In this document: piece after piece, positions 1 through 10,373 of the stretch
How positions within the stretch are numbered: position 1 is the first letter of the stretch
Layout of the letters: every line of letters begins with the position of its first letter
DNA from: Nitrospinaceae bacterium
GTDB taxonomy: Bacteria; Nitrospinota; Nitrospinia; Nitrospinales; Nitrospinaceae
Assembly (NCBI GenBank): GCA_965223665.1
Contig: OZ245011.1
Coordinates: forward strand, 1,696,001-1,760,000
Direction of reading: 5' to 3'
DNA length: 64,000 nucleotides
The notes under the pieces: generated by a model
The model's database searches: none
The model's input: only the letters and a program-made list of their open reading frames with translations
What the model was told of the DNA's origin: nothing
Program-made: the position numbers and the translations under genes

Positions 1-577
1 CTTTGTATTGGTAATCGGCTCTTATTTTCCAATGAGGAGTCACAGAAAATTCCAAACCACCACCAAGAGTCCAACCATTAAACAGTTTGGTACTGGACCA
101 ACGTTCTCCGCAGCAAGTATAAGTCGTTTCTATCACCGCTCCGGTATATCCACCCGCGGCATAAATAAAAATATTTTTTATAAAACCGCCTACTTTTCCT
201 CTAAATTCCCAAGTAGAATTGATTTTATGACTCTGTTCCTGAGTGGGAGCAACTTGAACCACATCTTTCATATTGGCTCCAAGAACAGCCCCTTCCAATC
301 CTATAACAAATGGAGTGCCAGGAAACTGCCAATGGTATCCCAAGAAGCCGCCAAAGGTTAAACCATTTGGATTCATTTCCCAAGGTGATATAGCAGTAGG
401 AATTCCGTTGACCGTCCCTACTTCGGTAGTGATCGAATAACCATATCCTACGGCGGTCCCAAGATAAAACCCAGACAGGCCGGGAGTTTTCGCAGAGGAC
501 GCCCCGCTTTCATCACTAGCCCATGCAGGCATAATGGAATTTAACAACAATAGTATAGCCATGAATAGTCTTTTCAT
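1..577 (-). CDS. Outer-membrane beta-barrel protein (Omp25/Omp31-like), 3' end runs off the window; absent from the ORF track
   Basis: Manual translation from ATG at 577: MKRLFMAILLLLNSIMPAWA (signal peptide)...SGFYLGTAVGYG...GGFLGYHWQF..FVIGLEG...GWTLGGGLEFSVTPHWKIRADYQYK; open to position 1. Confidence 0.8.
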   Translation of the reverse strand, partial: MKRLFMAILLLLNSIMPAWASDESGASSAKTPGLSGFYLGTAVGYGYSITTEVGTVNGIPTAISPWEMNPNGLTFGGFLGYHWQFPGTPFVIGLEGAVLGANMKDVVQVAPTQEQSHKINSTWEFRGKVGGFIKNIFIYAAGGYTGAVIETTYTCCGERWSSTKLFNGWTLGGGLEFSVTPHWKIRADYQYK

Positions 578-1197
578 AATCAAACTTTAACGATGTTGTG
601 GAGAGAATTCGTTCCAACGAATTAAACTGAGCAACTAACCATTTTTGGGTATGCTTTTAGTTTAAGTTAAAATTTTAAGTTGTAAACACCCTATTCATTT
701 CTTTTTTAAATTTATTTAAAAAACCCCTACTTAACACACTTAAAAAACTTTCATCCCTCATGTAATATATTTTTGAACAGAAATCAGAATTACTTGTGTC
801 GAAACCTATGAGTAAACAGGAGTTTAACTATAAAATTTCTTACTCAGGTTCAAATAAAAATTTACAAGACTAATGTGAATAATACTTCCCATAAGGATTA
901 ACATGAGCCGTCGAAAAATATTTTCAAAAAAAAAGCACCTCCCCCCATGATTTCTGCGACTCGTGGATACAATATGCCTACATTTCAGCCTACCCTTTTA
1001 GTACTGAATAACTAATTATAAAAAAAGAGAATTATTGATTTTCCCTATATTAAATCTAAAACCTAAATTCCAACCACTAATTAAGGGTATTTTTCTGGCA
1101 GTTTCGTCGACCCACCGTTTATACTAAAAAGCAACCCCTGACGACTTATTGAATCGATTAGTAACTGCTTCCCAATATCAATGATTTTCAAGTCCAA

Positions 1198-1698
1198 ATG
1201 ATTAAGAAATCAAGGAAACAGAATTACAAATGGGTTCAAATCATCGATTTAACAAAAACTTTTGTTCCGATGAATACGATTAAAGCCGTGCGGGAACTGC
1301 TTCAGCATATTCCCAACAGGCACCTGGTCGGGCTGAAGTCCATTACCATCAAGGATGAGTTTAAGGATAGAAAACTGGGTTCGAAACGGGGATTGTATTT
1401 TAAGAAAACTCAATCCACTGCCGCCACCATAGAGTTGTCGCTGCATGGAATTTTTGGTTCCGACCTTCTCATCGTCTACGTCATCCCTGTACTGGGAAAA
1501 ATTTTAATGGCGCAGGTTCTTCTTAAGGAATTGGCACTCCATCGCCTGGAACAAATCGAGGAAATTTCTGCACAGGAACAAAAAGAATTTCCACAAAAAT
1601 ATACGATCGAGATCATGAAGAAAGCGTTCCATAACTTTCTTCGATTTTATAAATGGTGCGGACCTTTCCGGCGTTGGGTCCTGAAGCACGCGGATTGA
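1198..1698 (+). CDS. Hypothetical protein, zincin-like with degenerate HExxH (KELALH); paralogue of the next gene
   Basis: Shares IDLT..VPMN, IP..L.GL.SITIKD.F, G.YFK, IELS..G.F and F..WCGP..RW with 1710..2222. Confidence 0.6.
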   Translation: MIKKSRKQNYKWVQIIDLTKTFVPMNTIKAVRELLQHIPNRHLVGLKSITIKDEFKDRKLGSKRGLYFKKTQSTAATIELSLHGIFGSDLLIVYVIPVLGKILMAQVLLKELALHRLEQIEEISAQEQKEFPQKYTIEIMKKAFHNFLRFYKWCGPFRRWVLKHAD

Positions 1699-1709
1699 AT
1701 AACTTTGGA

Positions 1710-2222
1710 ATGCAGAGCGCCAACACATTAAAACATTTACGATACAGGTCGATTGACCTCATCGATTTAACCACGCAGTGGGTTCCGATGAACATGGTAA
1801 AGTCCATGCAAAAGTTATTGCAAGCTATTCCGCATGAACAGTTAGAGGGACTGGAGTCGATCACGATAAAAGATAAATTCTCCAACCCAATACTGGACAA
1901 AACAGGCGGAATTTATTTTAAGGCAGGCAAAACCACATCAGCCAGAATTGAACTCTCTGCCAAAGGAGTGTTCGTTACAAATCCCAGAGTAGCGTGCTCC
2001 ATTCCTATAGGACGAAAAGTTCTGCTGGCTGCCACTTTATACCGTGAACTGGCACGCCATCGCTTAGAACAGGTGGAAGGTCTTTCTAAAAAAGAAAGGA
2101 ATGAATTTGTAAATAATTATTCCCGGCAGTGCATGAGGGCGGCCTTTAAAAATTTGTATCAGTTTATTCAATGGTGCGGACCCTTAAAGCGGTGGATCAA
2201 AAAGAGAAATAAATCGGGGTAA
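1710..2222 (+). CDS. Hypothetical protein, tandem paralogue with degenerate HExxH (RELARH)
   Basis: Same ORF as track 1653..2222; ATG at 1710 avoids overlap with the upstream gene; collinear with 1198..1698. Confidence 0.6.
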   Translation: MQSANTLKHLRYRSIDLIDLTTQWVPMNMVKSMQKLLQAIPHEQLEGLESITIKDKFSNPILDKTGGIYFKAGKTTSARIELSAKGVFVTNPRVACSIPIGRKVLLAATLYRELARHRLEQVEGLSKKERNEFVNNYSRQCMRAAFKNLYQFIQWCGPLKRWIKKRNKSG

Positions 2223-2236
2223 ATAAACTCAAACTT

Positions 2237-2818
2237 ATGGATGAACTCAATTCTGAAATTGAAAAACAGTTTGAACAGGCAGACCAGTTTTTAAAAGCCG
2301 AGGATTATAAATCCGCTTTTGAAGTTTACAAAACTTTGTCTGATCAAGGATGGAACGAATGCGACACCATACTGGGATGGATGTATGGATTTGGCAAAGG
2401 AACCGAAGTCGACTTTGAAGCAGCCGAAAAATATCTTTCGCGCCCAGCGCAGGCAGGAAACGAAGAAAGCCAGTTTTATCTGGGCAAACTTCATATTATA
2501 AAAGGGGATTATAGGTCCGCCACTCTCTGGCTGGAAATGGCCGCCGCTTCCAGGTATGCACCGGCGTGGCATAACCTGGGTTGCCTGTATAACAACAAAC
2601 GTTTGGAAATCCGCAACGAAGAACGCGCGTTTAATTATTTCGAACGAGCTTCGCAACTGGGTCACATCTCCGGACAAATTCGATTGGCGTATAAACTGAT
2701 CCAGGGATTTCGCGGATGGGTTCGCATTCCCAAAGGTTTTTACCTTCTAATCAAGTCTATAATTTCCGCTTTAACCATTTCCCGTCAAAACATCCACGAT
2801 GATCGGTTACACTATTAA
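2237..2818 (+). CDS. Sel1-like repeat protein
   Basis: LGWMYGFGKGTEVDFEAAEKYL, AWHNLGCLY...AFNYFERASQLGH. Confidence 0.85.
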   Translation: MDELNSEIEKQFEQADQFLKAEDYKSAFEVYKTLSDQGWNECDTILGWMYGFGKGTEVDFEAAEKYLSRPAQAGNEESQFYLGKLHIIKGDYRSATLWLEMAAASRYAPAWHNLGCLYNNKRLEIRNEERAFNYFERASQLGHISGQIRLAYKLIQGFRGWVRIPKGFYLLIKSIISALTISRQNIHDDRLHY

Positions 2819-2846
2819 GAATGAAAACCCAAAAAGGATATAAATC

Positions 2847-3263
2847 ATGAAAAGGAATTCAAAGCCCATCGTTGGGCTTAAGGGAATCGTTTTCATAATC
2901 GCAGCTTTCTTCCTTTTTTATGAAACTTCAAATGCTCTGGAGTTGAATGCAGCCCAGGAAAGAGAACAAAAGGATCCTCTGGAAGAACTTAAATCAGTGT
3001 CATTAGAGTTTGTAGAAGCCCAAAAATATGGTGATGGAGAAATACAAGTTTGGAATATCAGGAACATAGGGAAAAGAAACATTGAAAGTATAATCTTTAG
3101 CTACTTTTATCATCTACCCGACGAAGAAATATCTGTAGATATCGATATCACCAAAAAGATTCCTCCCGGCGGAATAAAACAGGTTTCATTTTTTATTGAT
3201 GAATTGCCCAATGACCATCATGGTGTAATCGTAGCTTTTGGTAAAGTGAAATTTTCAAAATGA
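2847..3263 (+). CDS. Exported hypothetical protein, probable Ig-like beta-sandwich
   Basis: N-terminal hydrophobic segment; IRNIGKRNI...IPPGGIKQVSF pattern; AAGGA RBS-like upstream. Confidence 0.55.
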   Translation: MKRNSKPIVGLKGIVFIIAAFFLFYETSNALELNAAQEREQKDPLEELKSVSLEFVEAQKYGDGEIQVWNIRNIGKRNIESIIFSYFYHLPDEEISVDIDITKKIPPGGIKQVSFFIDELPNDHHGVIVAFGKVKFSK

Positions 3264-3297
3264 CCCAACTTACTTTAATAAAATATTTAACCCATAA

Positions 3298-3744
3298 ATG
3301 AAAAACTCATCCGAGGTGTTAATTACAAGCTTCTTTCCCAAATGGTTTCTTTGGCTAATCTTCATAAGTTGGGTCGGCAGCAATTTGCTATTTGTTATTG
3401 GGATTGTTGTATTCGTTTCAAACGATCAGGAAATTTACACTAAATACTTAATAGTATTTCTTTTAATTTTTCTCGGTGGAATCTGGATGTCGGGGTTTGT
3501 TTTTTCAAAAGCGACAGCTCAGGCTGAAGGTTTGTATTTGGACAACCCCTTTAAACAAAGGGAATTTGTCGCCTGGGAAAACATTATTGAGATAAGAAAG
3601 CCTCAATTAAAAATTCCCTATGATTTTATTTATGTTATTTCTCGTTCTGGAAAAAAGATAACCCTGATTAAAAGCATGAAAAACTTCAAGCAACTTTTAG
3701 AGGTGATTCAAACCAAGGCAAAAAACATAAACCATGATCGGTAA
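3298..3744 (+). CDS. Two-TM membrane protein with PH-like C-terminus
   Basis: Two hydrophobic helices, then EGLYLDNPF...VAWENIIEI. Confidence 0.55.
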   Translation: MKNSSEVLITSFFPKWFLWLIFISWVGSNLLFVIGIVVFVSNDQEIYTKYLIVFLLIFLGGIWMSGFVFSKATAQAEGLYLDNPFKQREFVAWENIIEIRKPQLKIPYDFIYVISRSGKKITLIKSMKNFKQLLEVIQTKAKNINHDR

Positions 3745-3755
3745 AATTATTAATT

Positions 3756-4745
3756 ATGAAATCTAAAAGCAAAAACAGTTTGTATGACCAGGCTTTAAAG
3801 GAAGCACTCAGGAAAATACCGGACTTTTGGCTAGTTGATAATTGGTCTAAGTTAATTTTGATAATTACCTTGTTAATAGTTTTTGATTTCAGTGGGGTTT
3901 CCCGGGCGGACAATATAAATTTAGGAGCAAAAGCTGGTCAAGAGGGGATTCGATTATTAAATCAAGGAATAAAAGCCAGGGAAGAAGGCCGGTATAATCA
4001 AGCTATAAAATTTTATGAAACGGCAATGCTTAAACTCAAGGAAGGGTTTGGAGACAAAGACCCTAAAGTGGCAATTACTTTAAACGACTTGGGTTTAGTT
4101 TGGGACAGCAAGGAAAAATACGACACTGCTCTTGAACATTATAACAAGGCATTATCTATTTTTTATAATGCATATGGCAAACAACATCCCTGGATTGCAA
4201 CCTGCTTGAATAATATGGGTTTGAGTTGGAAACATAAAGGAAACACTGATAAAGCCATTGAGTTTTATGAAAAAGCGTTGGCAATCCATATCAAAATTCA
4301 TGGAAAAGATCATCCCGCTGTTGCAACCGACTGGAACAACTTAGGGGTTGCTTGGCACAGTAAAGGAAATTTGGAAAAAGCAATTCAATTATATGAAAAA
4401 GCCTTAACCAGTGGCTTAAACACATTTGGAGAAGACCATCCCGATGTAGCAAACCGATTTAATAATTTGGGAACGGCCTGGAGAGATAAAGGTGACTACC
4501 ATTTAGCCATGCAATATTTCAATAACGCTCAAGAAAGTTTGAAAATTGTTCTTGGAGAAAATCATCCACATTTAGCTATCGTTTGGTCAAATATTGCAAA
4601 CACTTTAGAGTTACAACACAAATATGATCGTGCTTTAGATTATTACGAAAAAGCAAAATTAATGTATCAACAATTCGAAATGGGAAATAGTGAAAAAAGA
4701 ATGAGGGTAAAAATCCAAAACCTTCTAAAAAAGATTCACCACTGA
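3756..4745 (+). CDS. Tetratricopeptide repeat protein (TPR_12 type) with N-terminal TM/signal
   Basis: 42-aa repeats G.DHP.VA...NNLG.AW..KG...KAI..YEKAL. Confidence 0.9.
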   Translation: MKSKSKNSLYDQALKEALRKIPDFWLVDNWSKLILIITLLIVFDFSGVSRADNINLGAKAGQEGIRLLNQGIKAREEGRYNQAIKFYETAMLKLKEGFGDKDPKVAITLNDLGLVWDSKEKYDTALEHYNKALSIFYNAYGKQHPWIATCLNNMGLSWKHKGNTDKAIEFYEKALAIHIKIHGKDHPAVATDWNNLGVAWHSKGNLEKAIQLYEKALTSGLNTFGEDHPDVANRFNNLGTAWRDKGDYHLAMQYFNNAQESLKIVLGENHPHLAIVWSNIANTLELQHKYDRALDYYEKAKLMYQQFEMGNSEKRMRVKIQNLLKKIHH

Positions 4746-5095
4746 AAGCAAAAAGAAACTCCTTTCTCATGATTCATTCATTTTAGAGAGCATATTTTCA
4801 TCTAGAATTAAATTCACCATTCTCACTCAGTTGGTAACGTTTTTATCAAAAATATAAGGTCCTCCCAATTCCTAATTCGGGCAAATACAAATATAATTCG
4901 GCCCTCTACCGAATATTCATTAAAAACTTTTAATGGTAAAATCACCTTATTTTTGTTATTTTCCGCTTTGACCTCTTCTGTTGATACGTTACACTTAAAA
5001 ATGAACAGAATTCCCGAAATTCCACAACCATAACTCATCCCATCCCTTAATTAGGGATCCTGTGGTCTTTTCAAAAAATACTCGTAGTCAAAGGA

Positions 5096-5764
5096 ATGGA
5101 GTCATTCATGGTGAAAGTTCTCAAGCTGGTGGTTTTCTTCTATTTTTCATTTGCCGTCACGGGATGTGCCCTCAATGAAAACATTTTTGATAAAGTGCGG
5201 CGCAATGCAAAACATGTGAAACAGGTTACCAGTGTTCCAAGCAGCTGCATTAGTCTTGGAGAGATTAAACTGCATGACTTTTACGAATCCGACAATCCGG
5301 ATTACAATCGCGACAGCTTCATTAATTATTTTGCCAACATAACAAAACGACGCGGTGGAGATACGTTTCGCGTGCTGAAAAAATATAAAAGTGAGTACGC
5401 TCCCGCAGGATTCCCCAAGGAAATTTATTTGAATGGAGTCGCGCAAGCGTACCGATGCGATAAAAAAGAAAACTTTGTGTTTGATAAAAAATGGGCGGTG
5501 CACATCACCGAGGAAGAGCCCAAAGAATGCGAGTTCATGGGGGAAACCACTGAAAGAAGTGTCTACATTGATGATGCTGAAACAAATTTAAGAGCCAGCG
5601 CCGTCACCTACAAAGCCAACACCATTTTTATTAAAGATAAAATTAAGCATTACAACATTGGCACCAAACGCGGATTCTATGATTCCGTAGAAACCGATGC
5701 CCATTTGTATTCCTGTCGCAAGTCGCAACGTCTCACCAGCACCAGCACAAACACATCCCCATAA
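5096..5764 (+). CDS. Lipoprotein with two DUF4156-like domains
   Basis: Lipobox VTGC; two units P..C..LGE...(GGDT/KANT)...A..Y.C. Confidence 0.6.
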   Translation: MESFMVKVLKLVVFFYFSFAVTGCALNENIFDKVRRNAKHVKQVTSVPSSCISLGEIKLHDFYESDNPDYNRDSFINYFANITKRRGGDTFRVLKKYKSEYAPAGFPKEIYLNGVAQAYRCDKKENFVFDKKWAVHITEEEPKECEFMGETTERSVYIDDAETNLRASAVTYKANTIFIKDKIKHYNIGTKRGFYDSVETDAHLYSCRKSQRLTSTSTNTSP

Positions 5765-5807
5765 TAGGTTCTAACGTTACCTTCTTTGCTGTCACAAACC
5801 ATCACTC

Positions 5808-6206
5808 ATGAAAACCTATCAGAAAGTAACGCTTTGGAGCGCCGCTGGAATTTTAATCTTATCTCTGGGAGCCTGGGCATTTTTCGAAACCACATTTTCC
5901 GGATGGGGCCTCTGCGTCAATACTATTTATCAAACCGAAGTTTCTCCCGATAAGACCCATCGGGCTGTTATTTTTCAAAGAAACTGTGGTGCGACTACAG
6001 GATTCAGCACTCAGGTTTCTATACTCGGTCATGACGATGCATTGCCTGAAGGCAAAGGCAATACCTATATTGCCGCCGGCCATCCGCAAATCACGAAACT
6101 TCAATTGAATTGGCTCGATGAAATGCACCTGTCTATCAGAAATACAGACTCCGCAGCTTTCAAGTCAGAAACTCGCATTGGCTCCATACAGGTTTCCTAT
6201 AAGTAA
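5808..6206 (+). CDS. DUF5412-like membrane-anchored protein
   Basis: C.N.I.....SPD..HRAVIFQRNCGATTGFSTQVSI. Confidence 0.65.
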   Translation: MKTYQKVTLWSAAGILILSLGAWAFFETTFSGWGLCVNTIYQTEVSPDKTHRAVIFQRNCGATTGFSTQVSILGHDDALPEGKGNTYIAAGHPQITKLQLNWLDEMHLSIRNTDSAAFKSETRIGSIQVSYK

Positions 6207-6419
6207 AGCTAACTCATGAATCGAGGTTTAGCGCACCATCCCTCCCCACCGCTTTATTTCCTGATAGTGGAGATTCATTTTTCTGGTTATACTATTAGGT
6301 ATAATATGAAAACTGCCTATTTTCCTATTGAAAACGTATCGGTCAAAAAGTTTAAGCGTTTTAAAAGCACACACCCACCGAGGTTTGACCCAAAAATTAA
6401 TTTATAGAATTATGTTTTA

Positions 6420-7151
6420 ATGAAGAAAATACTACGCTCCATACTTCTTATTGCTACCTGCATGGTTTTACTCTTTGCGGTTTTTACCTATGGTCGTCCC
6501 ATCTGGGTTCCGGTGGTTCACAAAATAGTCGGCAAAAAAACGGTAGAGGACGCTTTAAAAAGATATGGTGCTGGGGCACGGTCTCGGCTTAGACCCTTCT
6601 TCAAAACAAACAAAGTTTCGTACCCTCCGGAAAAAATCACAATGCTGTTTATTAAAAACCAATCTTTAATGGAACTTTGGGCAGAAAATGAAACTCGTTC
6701 AAAGTTGATCCGATCCTATTCCGTTAAAGCCTGGAGCGGAAAATTGGGACCTAAACTCCAGGAGGGAGACCGGCAGGTTCCTGAGGGAATTTACAAAATT
6801 GTCGGGTTAAATCCCAACAGCGCCTACCACCTTTCTTTAAAGCTCAACTATCCAAATGATTTTGACCAGAAACATGCGAAAGAAGAAAATCGATTGCATC
6901 CCGGGTCCAACATATTTATTCACGGCAAAGCGGTGTCCATCGGTTGTTTGGCCATGGGGGACACAGCAATGGAAGAATTATTCGTCCTTGCCGCCGATGT
7001 AGGCAAATCCAACATTACCGTAGCCATCGCCCCGCACGATCCCAGACTGGAACCCTTATCCCTGAACCTTCCCCCGGCCTGGAAGGGCACCCTCTATAAA
7101 AACTTAAACGAATTTTTTCGAAAATACCGATACAGTATCCAGAGCAGTTAA
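6420..7151 (+). CDS. L,D-transpeptidase family (YkuD; DpaA/LdtF-like) protein
   Basis: GPKLQEGDRQVPEGIY, NPNSAYHLSLKLNYPN, IFIHGKAVSIGC (HG...S.GC catalytic motif). Confidence 0.9.
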   Translation: MKKILRSILLIATCMVLLFAVFTYGRPIWVPVVHKIVGKKTVEDALKRYGAGARSRLRPFFKTNKVSYPPEKITMLFIKNQSLMELWAENETRSKLIRSYSVKAWSGKLGPKLQEGDRQVPEGIYKIVGLNPNSAYHLSLKLNYPNDFDQKHAKEENRLHPGSNIFIHGKAVSIGCLAMGDTAMEELFVLAADVGKSNITVAIAPHDPRLEPLSLNLPPAWKGTLYKNLNEFFRKYRYSIQSS

Positions 7152-7171
7152 ACCGAATGATAATCTAATGG

Positions 7172-7522
7172 TCAACCGCGCGAGGCGGATTGCAGATGGC
7201 GGATGTATTGGACGATGCCTTCAATTTCTTTTTTATTCACTCGATCTCTTTGCGAGGACATCACACCAGAAGCCGAGCCATTGAGAATGGTTTGTTTAAT
7301 ACGTTCATTAGGAAAGTTTTTTGAGGAGTAAGAATTTTGAGTGAGGTCGGGAGCCCTCCCGCCACCTTTTGCATCGGGTCCATGGCAGTTACCGCACACC
7401 CGATGAAAAGTTCTTTGCCCGACTTCCAGCTCCTGCGGCAATTGCGGATGAGACTCCACCGAACAAGCCAGATTCGAAACACAAATTAAAATCAATGGTA
7501 TCCAGAATTTTGAATAGTTCAC
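7172..7522 (-). CDS. Monohaem cytochrome c lipoprotein
   Basis: Lipobox-like LACS; CGNCH haem motif; distal Met in GVMSS. Confidence 0.85.
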   Translation of the reverse strand: MNYSKFWIPLILICVSNLACSVESHPQLPQELEVGQRTFHRVCGNCHGPDAKGGGRAPDLTQNSYSSKNFPNERIKQTILNGSASGVMSSQRDRVNKKEIEGIVQYIRHLQSASRG

Positions 7523-7646
7523 TGCAAAGCTCCCTGGTTACCTATCATTCTAACTCAATTCATCTACCGAGTTCCAGTCGAATTCTTTCTTTGAACAGGG
7601 AAAGGGGCTGCAAAGAATTGCTTTTTGTCTTTGGCGAGAAATTATT

Positions 7647-8264
7647 TTATTTCAACGGATGGTCAAACCAGTCTTCTACCAACTCTTTTTGAATGCCCTT
7701 TACCTTTTGGACTTTCCAGGCGGGATTACACCCCAACGATGCAAACCAGGCTTCAGTCTGCCCGTCCTGCACGCGGTAAACCATTACGCTGCCTTTTTGA
7801 TTGCTTTCAGTGTTTGATGTAAACCAGACGAACAAACCCGAATTGGTAAAACTCGTTACACGATGTTGCAGATGAGAATTGTTTGGTTTTCTCCAGTAAA
7901 GAATGGGCCAACGCGGTTTATCAACTCCTCCATAAGTTCCATCGTCATAACGCGACCAGTATTCCATTCGCCCCATTTGCTTCGGATTGAATGGAGGAAA
8001 CGTTAAATGATCCTGATACTTTTCTTCCTTGCAAGTATCAAATTGAGGTGGAAGTTCGAGGCTGTTTGGACCTAACTGTTTTCCCAGAAAGGCTATGACT
8101 CCATACCCGGAATACCTGAGCCATTTATGATCGAACCATTTATTGATACGAAACACATACACATCTTGAGGTTTGAACTCAGGGATTGAACGGGCCACCA
8201 GCCTGTTCAATCCCGTCATAAAAACCTTGTCATCATCCTTTTTATATTCAATACTAATTATCAT
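7647..8264 (-). CDS. Hypothetical protein
   Basis: 205-aa ORF with globular composition (INKWFDHKWL, LTFPPFNP); co-oriented with SRPBCC and ArsR genes. Confidence 0.6.
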   Translation of the reverse strand: MIISIEYKKDDDKVFMTGLNRLVARSIPEFKPQDVYVFRINKWFDHKWLRYSGYGVIAFLGKQLGPNSLELPPQFDTCKEEKYQDHLTFPPFNPKQMGRMEYWSRYDDGTYGGVDKPRWPILYWRKPNNSHLQHRVTSFTNSGLFVWFTSNTESNQKGSVMVYRVQDGQTEAWFASLGCNPAWKVQKVKGIQKELVEDWFDHPLK

Positions 8265-8280
8265 TCAATTCAATTCCAAT

Positions 8281-8736
8281 CTATTCCTTATTACAATGGT
8301 TCCCGGATTCAAAGCACAAGCCATCGGTCGGACGGCCTTCGCAGATCGCCTGGAGAAGCGGCAGTGCGTGCATTTTCCAACCTTCTCCAAACGAATCGGC
8401 TGCCGGCTTTTGAGTTACATTGTAGTGACGTAATACCAGGTGCGTCCCCTTCCCTTTCGGTTGCAGTTTGATTTCCACTGTGGAGCTTCCCGGCTCAATG
8501 TTTTCCACCCCGCCCCAGGTGAACACCACCTTTTCATGCGGCACCACTTCCACATACTCGCCGCGGCAGTGAATGCCATCGTTCGTGCCAATATGAAATA
8601 CGCCGCCCGGGCGTGCCTCGGCTTCAACGATTTCTGCAAACCATTCTTTCATTTTTGAAGCATCCGTCAGGTACAGGAACACGGTTTCCGGTGTTGCTTC
8701 GATTTCAATTTCTCGTGTGAGTTCATAGGATTCCAT
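8281..8736 (-). CDS. SRPBCC/AHSA1 domain protein
   Basis: REIEIEATPETVF.YLTD..KMKEWF, GEYVEVVPHEKVVFTW, GW; start overlaps the ArsR stop. Confidence 0.9.
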   Translation of the reverse strand: MESYELTREIEIEATPETVFLYLTDASKMKEWFAEIVEAEARPGGVFHIGTNDGIHCRGEYVEVVPHEKVVFTWGGVENIEPGSSTVEIKLQPKGKGTHLVLRHYNVTQKPAADSFGEGWKMHALPLLQAICEGRPTDGLCFESGNHCNKE

Positions 8737-9050
8737 TATTTTCTCCTTTTTCGTTCATGGCGTTCTGCCGCCTGTTTCAGTTTTCTCAGACGCGGATCCC
8801 AGAAGCCTTCCAAAAATGATTTCAAGGCTTCGAACCCTTCCGGCCGAACGCGATAGAGACGACGCGTGCCATCCCGCCGTTCCTCAATCAATCCATTTTT
8901 CTTTAACACCGTTAAATGCTGCGAAACCGCAGGCCGGGTAATGCCTTTAAACTTTTTAGCAATCTCCCCGGCGGACAATTCCCGGTCCCGCACCATCTTT
9001 AAAATCTGTAGCCGATTCGGCTCTGCCATCGCTTGTATGATTGTATCCAT
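8736..9050 (-). CDS. ArsR/SmtB family transcriptional regulator
   Basis: AMAEPNRLQIL, RPAVSQHLTVLK..GLI..RRDGTRRLY, FW..RL..LK. Confidence 0.9.
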   Translation of the reverse strand: MDTIIQAMAEPNRLQILKMVRDRELSAGEIAKKFKGITRPAVSQHLTVLKKNGLIEERRDGTRRLYRVRPEGFEALKSFLEGFWDPRLRKLKQAAERHERKRRK

Positions 9051-9226
9051 GAGCTTATGTTAGTACAAACTAACGTAAGTATCAACTAAAATTAGCAGCG
9101 TGACGCTGCACCCTAAATTTAATCTCCAATTATTCTTTGAGGAAGCCGTATATAAAAATAATTCCCCGTTATTTAATTGATCTTTTGGTCCATAAGCAAC
9201 CACAGAAAACGTTAAATGGAAATTGA

Positions 9227-9280
9227 TGTGCTCCCCCTTTCATGAAGGGGGCTGGGGGGATTTTACCTTCAGGGGTTTTA
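9227..9280. repeat. Short copy of the palindromic MITE/REP-like family
   Basis: atgtgctccccctttcatgaagggggctggggggattttaccttcaggggtttt; near-identical to 10749..10803. Confidence 0.75.
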
Positions 9281-9295
9281 TCGAAATAAATTTTC

Positions 9296-9769
9296 CTACA
9301 GGTTGGGATCCGAAGAATATTTTTTCCGCAACGTCCGAATCTCTAATCCATGTTCTTCAAAACTGGTGGGTTGAATGGTGACGAGTTGGATGAAGTTTTT
9401 ATCTTCCGCGCGCGCGGTTGCACGAAACTGATCGTGAGTGCCATTGTTTATGGTGTAGCTCCATTCCTGGGAAAGAGGTTTTTCGTTGAGGTAAGAATCC
9501 GGTTCTGTGAAAAGATCTTCCGCCTTCGTGAGGGTGCACACTTTGGATGAATCAATATTCTCCTTTGGTGCGAGACTTCCGTACCAATACATTCTGCAGC
9601 CATGGAAAATTTTGCGTAACTCTTCATGCCCCCTCCATGCATAAAGGCGCTCCCCATACTGAACTTCGGGGCGGGAAAAAAAGGAAGGACGCCACGGCGC
9701 GAAAACTATCCCGGCCAGCGCACAAACCAGAAGCGATAAACTGATAATGTTTTTCCTCTTTGTCATCAA
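9296..9769 (-). CDS. Membrane-anchored hypothetical protein, possibly pilin-like
   Basis: N-terminal TM; LRKIFHGCRMYW...CT...FRATA resembles pilin globular domains, but no prepilin cleavage motif is seen. Confidence 0.4.
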   Translation of the reverse strand: MMTKRKNIISLSLLVCALAGIVFAPWRPSFFSRPEVQYGERLYAWRGHEELRKIFHGCRMYWYGSLAPKENIDSSKVCTLTKAEDLFTEPDSYLNEKPLSQEWSYTINNGTHDQFRATARAEDKNFIQLVTIQPTSFEEHGLEIRTLRKKYSSDPNL

Positions 9770-10139
9770 TCTTACGGATAAACCCTGCCTCTATCTTTTT
9801 AGATTAAATCAGGTGTGGGATAAGTACAATAATTTAAAAACCGGTTTTCTCCGGGAGCAAAACTCTGCCTTCTTTTTCCTTACCTTCAACCGCCCCTATA
9901 TATATAGAACCAACTCATAATTTTTTTTGGAAATGTCTCCATAGATAATGGCAAATACCTTTGTTTTTTGGTCCTATAATGAACCTCCGCGGTCTTTGAC
10001 TTTCCGATAAATTCGCTTTTCATCCCCAACGCCATGTGATAAGGTCTTAATAATCCAAGGCTTAGGAGATTTTAAAGGAAAAAAGCGTTGGGACCAGTGC
10101 AGATTACTACTTCCGGGCGTTGCATGATGAGGGAATAAA

Positions 10140-10373
10140 ATGTTGCAGGGGATAAAACAGATTATGGGTACGTTGCCCATCGTAATTATTTTGTCGATCA
10201 TCACCTGGGTGGTCTTCTACTATGTTTATCCCGATGCTCCGCTGGAACCGAATGAAACCATATTCATCGTTTTAGTCTGGACCTTCGTGACCCTTATTTT
10301 TAAGGCTTTCCTGAAACGAAAAACTTCGAAACCCAAGCCAACGGAAAAGGAACCGGAAAATGAATCCGCCTGA
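10140..10373 (+). CDS. Small two-TM membrane protein
   Basis: Two hydrophobic helices; GAGG RBS; overlaps the next gene start. Confidence 0.6.
   Translation: MLQGIKQIMGTLPIVIILSIITWVVFYYVYPDAPLEPNETIFIVLVWTFVTLIFKAFLKRKTSKPKPTEKEPENESA

Noticed and set aside
8-361. Plus-strand 117-aa ORF
   Set aside because: Antisense shadow of the outer-membrane beta-barrel gene on the minus strand.
4823-5038. 71-aa minus-strand ORF within a plus-strand gene run
   Set aside because: Possibly a gene remnant, but no recognisable family or convincing evidence of coding.
1198-7151. Integron cassette array (many short same-strand genes)
   Set aside because: No recurring attC-like RYYYAAC...GTTRRRY palindromes of suitable length between genes, and no integrase.
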